DNA from: an uncultured Acidobacteriota bacterium | GTDB lineage: Bacteria > Acidobacteriota > Terriglobia > UBA7540 | DNA length: 64,000 bases | Assembly (NCBI GenBank): GCA_963804995.1 | Contig: CAWDSK010000005.1 | Span: forward strand, 1,088,001-1,152,000 | Direction: 5' to 3' | Shown here: one piece after another, positions 19,259 through 30,023 of the stretch | Position numbering within the stretch: position 1 is the first letter of the stretch | Layout: each line of letters starts with the position of its first letter | The notes under the pieces: generated by a model | Seen by the model: the letters and a program-made list of their open reading frames with translations, nothing else | Database searches by the model: none | What the model was told of the DNA's origin: nothing | Program-made: the position numbers and the translations under genes

Positions 19259-21304
19259 TCACTTACGAATGAGCACCACAACGGACCGCGGTCCGACACG
19301 GTAATCGAGGCTTTGGAGCTTTTGCTCCGTCTCCGGCTCACAGATGTCGGCAGGAGTGGCAAGACTAGTGTCTACCACGCGGAACCACCCTTGCGGCTCT
19401 CCCTCTTGGACAACGAAGGTCAAGGCTTGCCAGTAAGCGTTGATCATCACGTAGATGTCGTTGTCGTTCTGGGATGCACCGTGCAGACAAAAGGCAAGAG
19501 TGTGCGAGTCAAAGGAAAGGTCCGGCGCTTCGTCAACTCCATACCAGCGCACATCGTTGCGCCAGAACCGGCTGCGTCCGAGAGAGGGGTGAGACTTGCG
19601 GAAGGCAATCATGTTTTTGAAAAAGCGAAAAATGTCCTGGTTTTTGCCGAGCAGGTCCCAGTCGAGCCACGTTGTTTCATTATTCTGATTGTAAGGGTTA
19701 TTGTTGCCCTTCTGCGTATTCAGGAATTCATCCCCGGCGCTGAACATGGGAGTACCGTTGGAGAGAAACAGGAGACAGCAGAAGTTTTTCACCTGACGCT
19801 TGCGGAGGTCCATAACCTCGGCTGGAACGTTTTGGTCGCCCTCCCAACCGCAATTCCAGCTCAGGTTGTAATCCGATCCGTCGGTATTGGAGTGGCCGTT
19901 GGCTTCGTTGTGCTTCTGGTTGTAGGAGACGAGATCATAGAGGCAGAAGCCATCGTGGCAGGTGATGAAGTTCACGCTCTGATAGGCGTGGTAGGCATTC
20001 ATGATGTCGTCCGGGAAGAGGTCACTACTGCCGTAGATGCGGGTCATGGCGGCGGGAACCATTCCCGGGTCGCCTTTGACGAAGGCCCGCAAGTCATCTC
20101 GGAATTTGCCGTTCCACTGCAACCAGGGGAGGCCCGGGTAGCTTCGCCCCAACTCGTAGCTGGCGAGATCCCAGGCTTCCGCAATCAAACGCCTCGCTGC
20201 CAGCGCCGGAAAATCCCCGATTTCCGCAATCACGGGAGGGTCGTAAAGGTTGACGGAGCCGTCTTCATTGCGGGTGAAAATCGAGGCCAAGTCAAAGCGG
20301 AATCCGTCTACGTGCATTTCTCTCACCCAGAAGTTCAGGCTATCGACGATCATTTTGCGGACATAACGGTTGGCGCAATTCAGGGTGTTTCCTGCTCCGG
20401 TATCCTTGCGATAGTGGATTCGGTCAGGCTGCAGCAGGTAATAGGTGTCATTATCAATCCCTCGGTAACTGTACGTGGGCCCATTCTCGTCTCCTTCCGC
20501 CGTGTGGTTATAAACAGCGTCGAGGATCACCTCAATGTCCGCCGCGTGCATCGCCTTGACCATGCCCCGGAATTCACTGCACACCTCTTCTGAGGATTGG
20601 GCAACCGCATACTCGTGGTGCGGAGAGAAGAAGTTCAGCGGCATATATCCCCAGTAACTGCCTTCCTGGGAATCCTGCTGGAACACCGGGAGCAACTCGA
20701 TCGCCGTAATTCCGAGCTCTTTCAGGTACGGGATCTTCTGAGTCAGTCCCGCATAAGTCCCCCTTTGTTCCGCGCTCACCCCGGAGTTCGCCCGCATCGT
20801 GAAGCCCCTTACGTGCAACTCGTAGATAATGGTATCCGAGGTATGAATGGGCCGTCGATCCCCGGTCCAGTCAAACCCCTGGTCGGTGACGATCACCCCG
20901 AGTGGCGCGCGACCGGCGTTGCTCCCTGGAAACCGCGCTGCCTCGCGGCTGAAGTGCGGTGGGCGGAACAAAGCTCGAACATAGGGGTCAAAGAGTATCT
21001 TCTCATCGTCGAAGCGGTGGCCCGCTCCTGGCTCATTGGCCCCGGCCACCCGGTAAGCATAGTATCGCGCCCCGGAGATAGCTGCGGCCTTCAGCCTGCA
21101 GTGCCATACTCGCCCGGATTTATTGGTAAGGGGGTTGAGTCGATATTCATGAAGCGGCTCAAAGTACTCGTTGGATGAATACAGAAGGAGCGTAACATCG
21201 GTTGCATACTTGGAATATAGGGCAAAGTTGAAAGCTTCCTCTTCCTCGATCCATGTTACTCCTAGCGGAGCCGGCGAACCTTCTTTTGAGTACCATTCGT
21301 CCAT
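19259..21304 (-). CDS. glgX: Isoamylase / glycogen debranching enzyme (GH13)
   Basis: IIYELHVRGFT, YWGY, DAVYNHTAEG, DGFRFDLA, LIAEAWD, CHDGF, QKGNNNPY. Confidence 0.94.
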   Translation of the reverse strand: MDEWYSKEGSPAPLGVTWIEEEEAFNFALYSKYATDVTLLLYSSNEYFEPLHEYRLNPLTNKSGRVWHCRLKAAAISGARYYAYRVAGANEPGAGHRFDDEKILFDPYVRALFRPPHFSREAARFPGSNAGRAPLGVIVTDQGFDWTGDRRPIHTSDTIIYELHVRGFTMRANSGVSAEQRGTYAGLTQKIPYLKELGITAIELLPVFQQDSQEGSYWGYMPLNFFSPHHEYAVAQSSEEVCSEFRGMVKAMHAADIEVILDAVYNHTAEGDENGPTYSYRGIDNDTYYLLQPDRIHYRKDTGAGNTLNCANRYVRKMIVDSLNFWVREMHVDGFRFDLASIFTRNEDGSVNLYDPPVIAEIGDFPALAARRLIAEAWDLASYELGRSYPGLPWLQWNGKFRDDLRAFVKGDPGMVPAAMTRIYGSSDLFPDDIMNAYHAYQSVNFITCHDGFCLYDLVSYNQKHNEANGHSNTDGSDYNLSWNCGWEGDQNVPAEVMDLRKRQVKNFCCLLFLSNGTPMFSAGDEFLNTQKGNNNPYNQNNETTWLDWDLLGKNQDIFRFFKNMIAFRKSHPSLGRSRFWRNDVRWYGVDEAPDLSFDSHTLAFCLHGASQNDNDIYVMINAYWQALTFVVQEGEPQGWFRVVDTSLATPADICEPETEQKLQSLDYRVGPRSVVVLIRK

Positions 21305-21374
21305 ATAAACCTCATTACGAACGCGGCGATAACCTTCATCCAACCGAGAAAATCACTGATCGGCAATACGAAGG

Positions 21375-23115
21375 CTAGCGCATCATGTCTGGGGAGAATT
21401 CATAGCGCTCCTGAATGGTTTCTGCGAGCGCTGGATAGAGATCGCGTATGTGGCCGAGTCGATATCGTTGCTCGAACTTTCCGGACGTCCGATGCGAGGG
21501 GATGATCGTGGAACACGTCCGCAATCCATCGCGAGAAATCTCCCCGACGCGCATGCCCGTCAAGCACGGCGGGCGGGGAACTCGGCATTAACGCGACCAG
21601 CTCCTTCAGAGTCCGGGCTGGAGTTTCAATGGGTTTTCCGTTGTCCGTGAACACGAATTCCTTTCCCGCGGCAATTGGCACATCAAGATACTTCGCCCTA
21701 TGACGAACATGTGGGGTTAATCGGGGCAGGAGCTTGAATTTCTGCAATTTCCCTCCTGCTTCCCCAATCCCCGGCAAAAGGATGGCCTCGTTAACATCCA
21801 GCCCGCCGAGGATAGTCTGCCATTCAGATTCGACGTTCTTGTTGCCATACATTGCTAAAAGCGCCTGCACCTCGTGCGGATCGGTCGTACGCTTGACGAT
21901 GATTGTATCCATGGCTTTGTGAAGCTCGGGGTGGAGGTCGGAGACGCGATACGTGACAAGCGTGTATGCGGCCGAGTCGAGATCCAACAATTCCCGGGCG
22001 TGCGGCGCCTGAAGGAAGTAATGGGCCTCATCGACGATGATGCGGTGTGGCAGACCGGTGGATTGCCTGAGTGATGCCAGCATCGGCAAGAGTGCATTCA
22101 GGTAATCGACCTTCTCATTGTAAGGCGCGTGGGAGAGATCGACCACCACACTCCTGTCGGGATGCCGCAAGGCTTCAGAGAGATCGCGCAGCGGAGGCGG
22201 GGGGCCATCACCTCCGAATGCGACCACGCCCGGCAGGGCTTCCAATTCCACGTAATCTCCCTCGGGATCGATGACGCACACACAATAGCCTTGAAGAATC
22301 AGTTGCTCGCAGAAAAGCCCCGTGGCCCAGGACTTGCCGGATTGGGGATCTCCTGCTAAGAGCCCATTGCGGCCGCGAATGGCCAGGGCGAGCGGACTCC
22401 CGTCGTCCCTTACACCGAGCATGATTTGGCGCCGACCAAGGTCATCTGGGGGCAATGTCCTTTTCTTCACCGCTTGCCGAATGTAAGCGGCTACAGCGCC
22501 GGGACCATCTCCCTGGAGAACTTCCTCCGCGTCCTTCTGGAGAGCTCGACTGCCCCAACTAACAGCCACGCCAACCTCGCACACCCCCAGGAGCTCATGG
22601 TCATTCTCGGCGTCTCCGATCGCGATGGCGTTGTGAACCGAGAGACGGAACGCATTAAGAACTTCGCGCAGCCCGGTGGCTTTGCTGATGGCCTGCGGAA
22701 GTACCATTAGGCGGCTGCGGTTGAACAACAGCACGAGCGGCAGTTCTAGCTCCCTGATCACGGCTAGGATCCGCGGGGCCGATGTTGCGTCGGTCTCCAC
22801 GATGCACTGGCCTGCAGTGAAACCGATCCCCCGGCGGCGAAGTTCTTCAACGAAGACTGCGGGTGGCGGATGACCAAGCAACCTTGAGCGGCCACTGGGG
22901 AAGGCGAGCACTGCACCGTTTTCCGCTACCACCGCGTCCACAAACTGGAGGTTCCCCGCCACCTGCCTCAGGTCAGACAGGATTCGCCCCGTTACGAGAA
23001 TCACCACGATCCCGCTCGCACGCGCTTCCGTGATAGCGGCCCTTGCCTCAGAACTCAGTTTCCCGTCTTGGGCGATAGTTCCGTCGTAGTCAAGTGCTAG
23101 CACACTAAACTTCAT
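21375..23115 (-). CDS. Cof-type HAD hydrolase fused to a P-loop NTPase domain; +1 frameshift near the C-terminus
   Basis: ALDYDGT, LVTGR, AENGA, GDAEND; GDPQSGKS, VIDPEGDY, IIVDEAH. The plausible C-terminus (EQRYRLG..QERY) is in a shifted frame after 21475. Confidence 0.85.
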
Positions 23116-23340
23116 GATCGCCTTTCTGTGCCTGCCTAATGTGGGCAGCGAATTCCGATTGACCTGCCCGGGATTTTCTACAACGGCAACGGGGAGAGTT
23201 TACTCGATCTTGGCCTCACCACATGAACTTCCGAAGCTGCTGCTTCCCTGAGCAGGTCGTGGTACACTCCATGGCCATTCGCAAGAATGTGGGGTGCGGG
23301 GCTGAATTCCACCCGGCATAGGCGCGAGGGCATCCATCCA

Positions 23341-23690
23341 ATGAAAACTTCCTCTCTTGTTCGCCAAGTGAACGAGTTCCCCCCTGTTCGTTGTCTTCTC
23401 CGTTCTCGCTGCAGCAGTTGCCAGGGCCGTGTCGCCTTCCGCGCTGCAGCTTCCACCTTCTGGTCAGCAAGCGTTGCGTAGCCTCATTGAGGTGGGAACG
23501 CTCGCGGACCTGCGCTGGCCCGATTTTACGGATTACCGCGATCACATCAAGCGCTTCTGCGAGTCCTCGAACTACTCGATCGCATGGCTAAAGGATGGAC
23601 ATCCCACCAGCCCGGCATTGGCCGCAATCAGAGCCTTGGAACAGGCGGACCAGGTGGCACTCAGCCCCCAGGATTACGATGGTCCGCGCT
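23341..23690 (+). pseudogene. N-terminal fragment of a YcbB-like L,D-transpeptidase (signal peptide plus scaffold domain)
   Basis: LADLRWPDFTDYR..YSIAW..PTSPAL..ADQVALSPQDYDGPR. Frameshift in a C6 run at 23379-23384; truncated at about 23690. Confidence 0.6.
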
Positions 23691-23917
23691 GCCAAACCTC
23701 TGGGGTACCCCCGCAGAATCAACTTGACTACGCGGGTCCCTGCGCTCAAAGTACGCAGCCAGAGGAATTGAGGCTGGCAGGCAGGAGCGCTCACTGCGTG
23801 GCCGTTGCCAGCGATTGGCTTCCGAAGCATACGATTCTTCCGGTGCGAGCGCCGCCGGGGACCTATGCATCCATTGCAACGCTGTTCCCCTGAAATCAGG
23901 GGAGAGAGGGTGGCTCT

Positions 23918-25225
23918 ATGAATCGCAGGGATTTTATCAGTATGGCCGGCGCGGGTCTGGCGCTTGCAAGTACCGGTTTTGGAGCCGGGAAGCGCGTGCG
24001 TTTGGGCGTGATTGGAACGGGAGGCCGCGGCACCAGCCTGCTCGGAATCGCGACTTTATTTGAAGACGTGGACATTCCCGCGCTGTGCGACATCAACAAG
24101 GAAAACCTCGCGAAGGCGCAGGAGGTGGTTGTCGCCTCGGGCCGGAAAAAGCCGCAGGGCTACTCGGCGGGCGATGAGGACTACAAGAATTTGGTGGATC
24201 GCGACGACATCGACGCGGTGCTGATTGCCACGCCCTGGGAGTGGCACGTGCGCATGTCGGTGTACGCCATGAAGGCGAAGAAATACGTCGGCTGCGAGGT
24301 ACCGATCGCCAACACCGTCGACGAGTGCTGGGAAATGATCAACGTGCAGGAGCAAACGCAGACGCCCTGCATGATGCTCGAGAATTGGAGCTTCCGCCGC
24401 GATAATCTCGCCGTGTTGAATATGATCCGAAAGGGCATGTTCGGTGATATCAACTACGCCCACTGCGCATACGCGCATGATTGCAACTACTGGTTTTTCC
24501 CGGATTACAGCATCCACGATTGGAAGGGCGCGCACATCATGAATCGCAATGCCGACCAGTACCCGACGCACGGCCTGGGTCCGGTGGTGAGCTGGATGGA
24601 TATCAACTGCGGCGATTACCCCGCCTATCTCACCTCGACCGCCTCTCGCGCCCTGGGCGTGAACCGGTATTTCCGCAAGAAGTTCGGGCCGGACCATCCC
24701 ATGGCCAAGAAACCGATCATGCAAGGCGACATCGTCACGACGGTGATCAAAACGATCAAGGGCAAAACCATCGTGGTCTACAACGACATGGTATCACCAC
24801 GGCCGTATGACAACCGCTGGCAGCTATCAGGAACCGAGGGCATTTACAGTCACGAGCACAACGCCCTTTATATCGAAGGCGTCACCCCCACCGCCCACGA
24901 CGAACACGCTTGGGAACCCTTCGAGCCCTATCAGGAGAAGTACGATCACGTCTGGCACCGCGAGGTCCGCCGGATCACCGACAAGCTGAAAACCGATATG
25001 ATCTCGCACGGCGCTCCTGATTATCTGGAAATCAAAATGTTCCTCGAAGCGGCCCGGGACAAAGGAACGCTGCCGCTCGATATCTATGACTCGGTCATCA
25101 TGAGCGCGCCCGTGGCGTTGTCGGATATTTCCATTGCCAAAGGCAGCGCCCCCGTACCGTTCCCGGATTTCACCCGCGGACGGTGGAAGACGCGGAAGCC
25201 GTACTTTGCGGTTGAACAGTCGTAA
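23918..25225 (+). CDS. Tat-exported Gfo/Idh/MocA oxidoreductase-fold glycosidase (GH109-like)
   Basis: Tat motif MNRRDFI; GVIGTGGRG; IATPWEWH; EVP; MMLENW; YPTHGLGP; PDFTRGRW. Confidence 0.88.
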   Translation: MNRRDFISMAGAGLALASTGFGAGKRVRLGVIGTGGRGTSLLGIATLFEDVDIPALCDINKENLAKAQEVVVASGRKKPQGYSAGDEDYKNLVDRDDIDAVLIATPWEWHVRMSVYAMKAKKYVGCEVPIANTVDECWEMINVQEQTQTPCMMLENWSFRRDNLAVLNMIRKGMFGDINYAHCAYAHDCNYWFFPDYSIHDWKGAHIMNRNADQYPTHGLGPVVSWMDINCGDYPAYLTSTASRALGVNRYFRKKFGPDHPMAKKPIMQGDIVTTVIKTIKGKTIVVYNDMVSPRPYDNRWQLSGTEGIYSHEHNALYIEGVTPTAHDEHAWEPFEPYQEKYDHVWHREVRRITDKLKTDMISHGAPDYLEIKMFLEAARDKGTLPLDIYDSVIMSAPVALSDISIAKGSAPVPFPDFTRGRWKTRKPYFAVEQS

Positions 25226-25360
25226 CCGAGCGACCCGTCGCTGGTTGCGGCTCTAACTCGTGTGTGAAGCGTCGGCGGGTGAAAGCGCCAACTGCGGTCG
25301 ACGCTCTCTCCCCGGACAGGGCCATTACGGGTGATTCGTGCCTAACAGAAGGGGCTATTG

Positions 25361-25404
25361 CCGGAGGGCGCAGGCTGGCCGCGAGCCAGGCATGAGCCCT
25401 CCGG
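25361..25404. terminator. GC-rich hairpin between convergent genes
   Basis: CCGGAGGGC...GCCCTCCGG stem with inner CTGGC/GCCAG pairing; no strong U-tract. Confidence 0.4.
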
Positions 25405-25465
25405 ATTTACTGCTCAAGTCCTGCTTCACGCAGTTCTGATTCCGGCCGTCCCAACCTTCCTCGTC

Positions 25466-28400
25466 TCAGAACTCCACTCGGCCGCGCATCTCAATCACCC
25501 GCGCTCCACTTTTCTCCCCGGAGAAATACCGATCGTGCTGGCCGGTGATTTCGCCTGCACCGGGTACGTCGATCGTGGCGTTGGGGGGCGAGAAGTTTGG
25601 ATGGTTGAAGAGGTTTCCGCAGGTCGCCATCAGGTCAAAGTGCAACCGTTCGGTAATCCGGAAACGCTTGCGCAGCGTCAGGTTCTGCGTATTCAAGCCC
25701 GGCCCTTCCAGGATGTTGATTCCGGAATCCCCAAACCTTCCGATGTTAGCCGGATTCGCGCAGGCAGGATCGTTGTCGGGACATCCGGGAATCTTGAAGG
25801 CGCTGGTATCGAACCACCTGTCGAGCGTGCGTTGGCCTTTAGGCAGATTGCCGTTGGCGATGCGATCCGGCAAGCCGCCGTAGGAATTGGTGTTCGAGGG
25901 GTCCGTGGTGGAGAAGTATGGAGTGAACCACTGACCGGTCTGGAGGAACCCGATCCAATTGGCTGTCCATCCGCCTAAGACTTTGTCTACGATGCCAGGA
26001 GCGTTAGCCAGATACCGGCGTTCGCGCCCTACGGGGATCGTCCACGTGACATTCAATACCACGCGGTGGTGAGGTGTGACGTGGTCATGGTTCCAGAGCA
26101 GCGGTGCGTAAGGATTCTCATCGCTGAAGGCGCCGTTTCCAGGCCCGTACAGAGTGCCGTATCCGCTGGCGAGCATTTCATAGTTATCCACACTGTCGGC
26201 CCAGGTCCAGAAACTATCGAGAACGACCTGTCCCATTTTGCGCTTGACTTCAAAGGTGAGCGAGTTGTAGTTGGCAGCCAGATCTCGGCGGAGGTATGAG
26301 ATGCCCGAAAACTCCGGATGAGGCCGTCGATCGGGTGTCCAGGGGATGGTGCTCGGCTCCGGTTTATCCGTTGAGTAGAAGCCATTAAGTCCCCGCGACC
26401 GCGACCCGACGTAAGACAGCCGAAAGCCGATATCCTTGACCTGGTGTTCGGCGGTGACATTGAACTGATGGATCTTGCCGTCCTTCTGGTCGATGGGATA
26501 GCCGCTGACGGACTGCGAAGGAATCTGCGCAAAGCTCAGGGTAGATGGGAACGGGTCAGGGAAGGCAAATAGCGGCTGGCCATTTTGGATCAGATTGGTG
26601 TAGTTTTCGGCGATCTGAAATGGCCCTCCTCCATTGACAAGGGAGTAAGTTCCCAGTCCCCGCGAAGTGTAGATACCATACCCGCCCCGGATGACCGTTT
26701 TCTCGGTGAGCAGATAAGCGACACCGATACGCGGTACAAAATTGGCATGAGAAGGATGGGGGAAAACGCTCCCTGTTACCAGCTTGATATTGGGGTCGAA
26801 TAGAGGACTAACCTGGCCCGTGGCCGCCTGTGGAATCACCACGGCGTCCTGGGTGGGATCATAGTTGTACTGGAGCCCGTCATCATACCGAAACGCTCCA
26901 AAGTAGTCCCAACGTATACCGTAGTCCAGGGTCAGCTTCCGATTCACTTTGAAAGTATCGGTGGCGAATAAGCCGATTTCTTTGCCTCCCTCCGTCCTGC
27001 CTAATAAGGGGTCATACCGCGTACTCCCAAAAGGCACTCCCAGCAGAAAGTCGGCGTAGTCGAACCCCGTGACGGATCCGTTAAAGGAGAAATCGCCGTA
27101 GGCGCCATCCGAGAGTTGCGTGCTGTAGTACTTGAACGTCCGGACCTCTTCTCCAGCCTTAATCACGTGCCGGCCCTTGGACCAAGTCACCGAATCAGTG
27201 ATATTCCAGTTCTCATTTAACTGTGCCGCCTTGCCTTTGGGGCCGCCCCACTCACTGGCATAGAGGCTAGTGATGTCGTTGAAATACATAGCCGGGAACC
27301 CTTGGGCGACGAGATTGCTGGGGTTAACTCCCTGCAGCCCGATCGACAACACGACCTGGTCACCGGTAGACGGCGTGAAGCCGTTCAACGTGGTTCCGTA
27401 GGTCTGCCGGTCGCGGTTTCCCCCCAGCGTGAAGCTGTTGATCAGGCTGGGCGTGAAGGTCTGGGTGTCGGTGAAAGCCCACGAGTGGCTTTGACGGAGT
27501 TTCGTTTCATCAAGCAGCGGGTAGGTTCCAGGGTTCAGGACGTAACGAGGCCAGTAGCCGGAATATCGGGCATAGAGGAGATTCTTTTCCGAAATCTTGT
27601 GGTCGATGCGGAAGCAAAGAACATCGGCCCGATATTGGTCCTCCGGATAGGGGAAAAGCCAGCCGTAGTTGCTGACCAGGTTTCCCGGCCCGCCGATGTT
27701 GGGCATAGGAATATAGGTGTTCTGAACCTTCAACGCCAGCGTACTAAGAGGGTCTGTAATGATGTTTTTCCAATAGGGATTGCCGCTGAGGTCGGTGATT
27801 TGAATGGCCGGGGATGCCGTGAGCAAGTCCGAGAAGTCGCCATTGCGCATTTTTGCTGTAGGCACAGTGGCCAGGAAGAATGACTGCTCATGCACGCGCT
27901 CACCGTTCCACAAACCGTAAAAGAAGGTGCGGTTCTTGCGGATGGGACCGGAAGCGCTGAGATTGAAGGTGTTGTAGATCACGTGCGGCTTCTCAGTCTC
28001 GAAGAACCCCCGCGCCCCCAAGGCGGAATTACGGTCGTAGTAGGAGGCTTCCGCGTGGTAGGCGTTAGTGCCGTGCTTGGTGATGGTGTCAAACATGCCG
28101 ACGCGGGCGTACTCCGCGCTGTTGTTTACGGCATTAACCTTGACTTCCTCCACGTCCTCCATGTTCACCGTCTGAGTGTTGGTGCTCTCCTCTTTGACGC
28201 CGTCCATGGCCATGTGAATCTCATTGCCGCCTTGACCGGCCATGGTGACGCCGAATTCGTTGCCGCCGTCCGTTTGAATTTGCGGCACGATGGCAATCAC
28301 GGGGAGCGGGGAAGAGTAAGCATTGGCGGGCATGGGGGCAAGCCAATATTCGCTGCCGGAAACCTCTCCGCCGATCTTGGCGCCTTCGGTCTCGATGACC

Positions 28401-29719
28401 TGCGCTCTGCCGTTTACGGTAACTTCCTGAGTTGCCGCACCCATGTGCAGGGACACATCAACGCGCTTGGTTTCATTCGCTGTCAACTGGATGTCGCTTA
28501 CCACGGAAGTTTCGAAGCCAGTCATTTCGATGCGCATCCTATAAGTCGACAGCTTCAGAGCTGGGATCTCATAGTTACCCTGCGCGTCGGTAGTAACCTT
28601 TCTTGCCAGGACGCCTGTTTCCTGTTCCAAAATGCTTACGTTGGCTTTCGGCACGACCGCGCCTGAAGGGTCAGTCACTGTGCCGCGTATTGTGGACAGG
28701 CCTTGCTGTGCTAAGAGCTTATCCGTAAATAATAATTGTCTGTCGCCAGCAGATCATGGCCGCGGCTAAGGTTAGTAGGGCGACGTAGCTTTCCTCGGTC
28801 TTTTCAAAGCTCACCAACACCTTGCGGTATCGGTTGAGCCAGGAATGGGTCCGCTCGACCACCCATCGGCGAGCCTTGTAACCGGGGACGATACGTTTTG
28901 CTTCCATCTCTTCTCGCTGTTGCTTGATATGCGGCCGGTAGTGGCGGTTCGTGGCCGCTTGCCGAGCGCGGGATCCCTTGTAACCGGCATCGGCACAAAG
29001 GTGCTGGGGCTTTCTCGGTCGCGGTGCCGGTCGCGCTCTCACCACCTGGTCGAGGGTGGTGGCCAGCAGCTTCACATCATGCAGGTTGGCTCCGCTGACG
29101 GCGAGCGATAGTGGGACGCCACGCCCGTCGACTAACAAACTTCGCTTGCGCCCATTTTTTTCCCCGATCGGTGGGATTGGGTCCCACGCAAGTCAAGGCC
29201 AGCGGGGCTTTCACCATCGCTCCGTCGATGCTTTGCCAGTCCCAGGCAATGCCCTCCAGCTCATCGTACTCGGCCAGCCCCGACCGCCAGAGCGCCAGAA
29301 AGAAACCCGCCCGGTGCCACTGTTGAAAATGCTTGTGGACCGCGCTGGCGCTGCCGAATTCCTTGGGCAAGGCCTTCCACTGACATCCCGTGCGCAGCAC
29401 ATACACAATGGCCGAGAAGATCCGGCGCGCCGGCATTGGCTTCCTCCCACCCCCCGGCTTCCGCCTATACTTTCGGCCTTTCGACCGCTGTCGAACCGGA
29501 ATCAGCGGTTCGACTTTCACCCAAAACTCGTCGGATACTTCCCAAGATTTTATCTGCGGCATCTTGGGTCATAATCATGCATCAAATTGCAGCAGACTTC
29601 AATAAGTATTTACGGATAAGCTCTAAGAGCGAAACAGAAAAAAGCAGTCCGGTTGAAAAAAGCAATAGGCCCAACTTCGCCCCCCGCAAGGGACGGCGAT
29701 TGCGACGCTCACTGAACAT
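25466..29719 (-). pseudogene. Oar-type TonB-dependent receptor interrupted at the signal peptide by an IS5-family element
   Basis: Removing the IS and one TAA restores MFSERRNRR..LFSVSLL|AQQGLSTIRGTVTDPSGA (RBS AGGAGG). Body has YGIRWDY, PRIGVAY, NLFNHPNF and a terminal F. Confidence 0.9.
28715..29623 (-). mobile_element. IS5-family insertion sequence (909 bp), transposase in two frames (29562 to 28719)
   Basis: Perfect 17-bp TIR GAGCTTATCCGTAAATA; TAA duplication at 28712-28714 and 29624-29626; YVLRTGCQW, SIDG, ADAGY, RWVVERTHSW; A7 run at the frame junction (29155-29161). Confidence 0.95.
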
Positions 29720-30023
29720 TTTGTCCTCCTTCGATTTGTGACCCAAGACTACCCAAACTTCAGTTGCGCTTCAAACCTTGGAAAGGGACACAACCCCTGG
29801 CTGGATTACCCAGCCCGCGTCGTGCAGGCAGATTTGCGCGCAAACAAGCTTCCACGCCGCCCCTGCTACCACGCTCCGTGCGCTATGTCAAGAAAAATTT
29901 CGTAAGATGTCGTTAACATATGAAACGTCATTAGTAAAATTGAGGTTATGCAAGGCTCGACAGAGTTTTCCCTCCGTTCCAGTGGTTGTCCGCGGACTCC
30001 CGTCATGGACCTGGATTCGCACC

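Noticed and set aside
19241..21178. Long plus-strand ORFs (450 aa and 193 aa)
   Set aside because: They are antisense shadows of glgX. The same applies to 32689-33837, 46932-48089, 54048-54878 and similar ORFs in GC-rich coding DNA.
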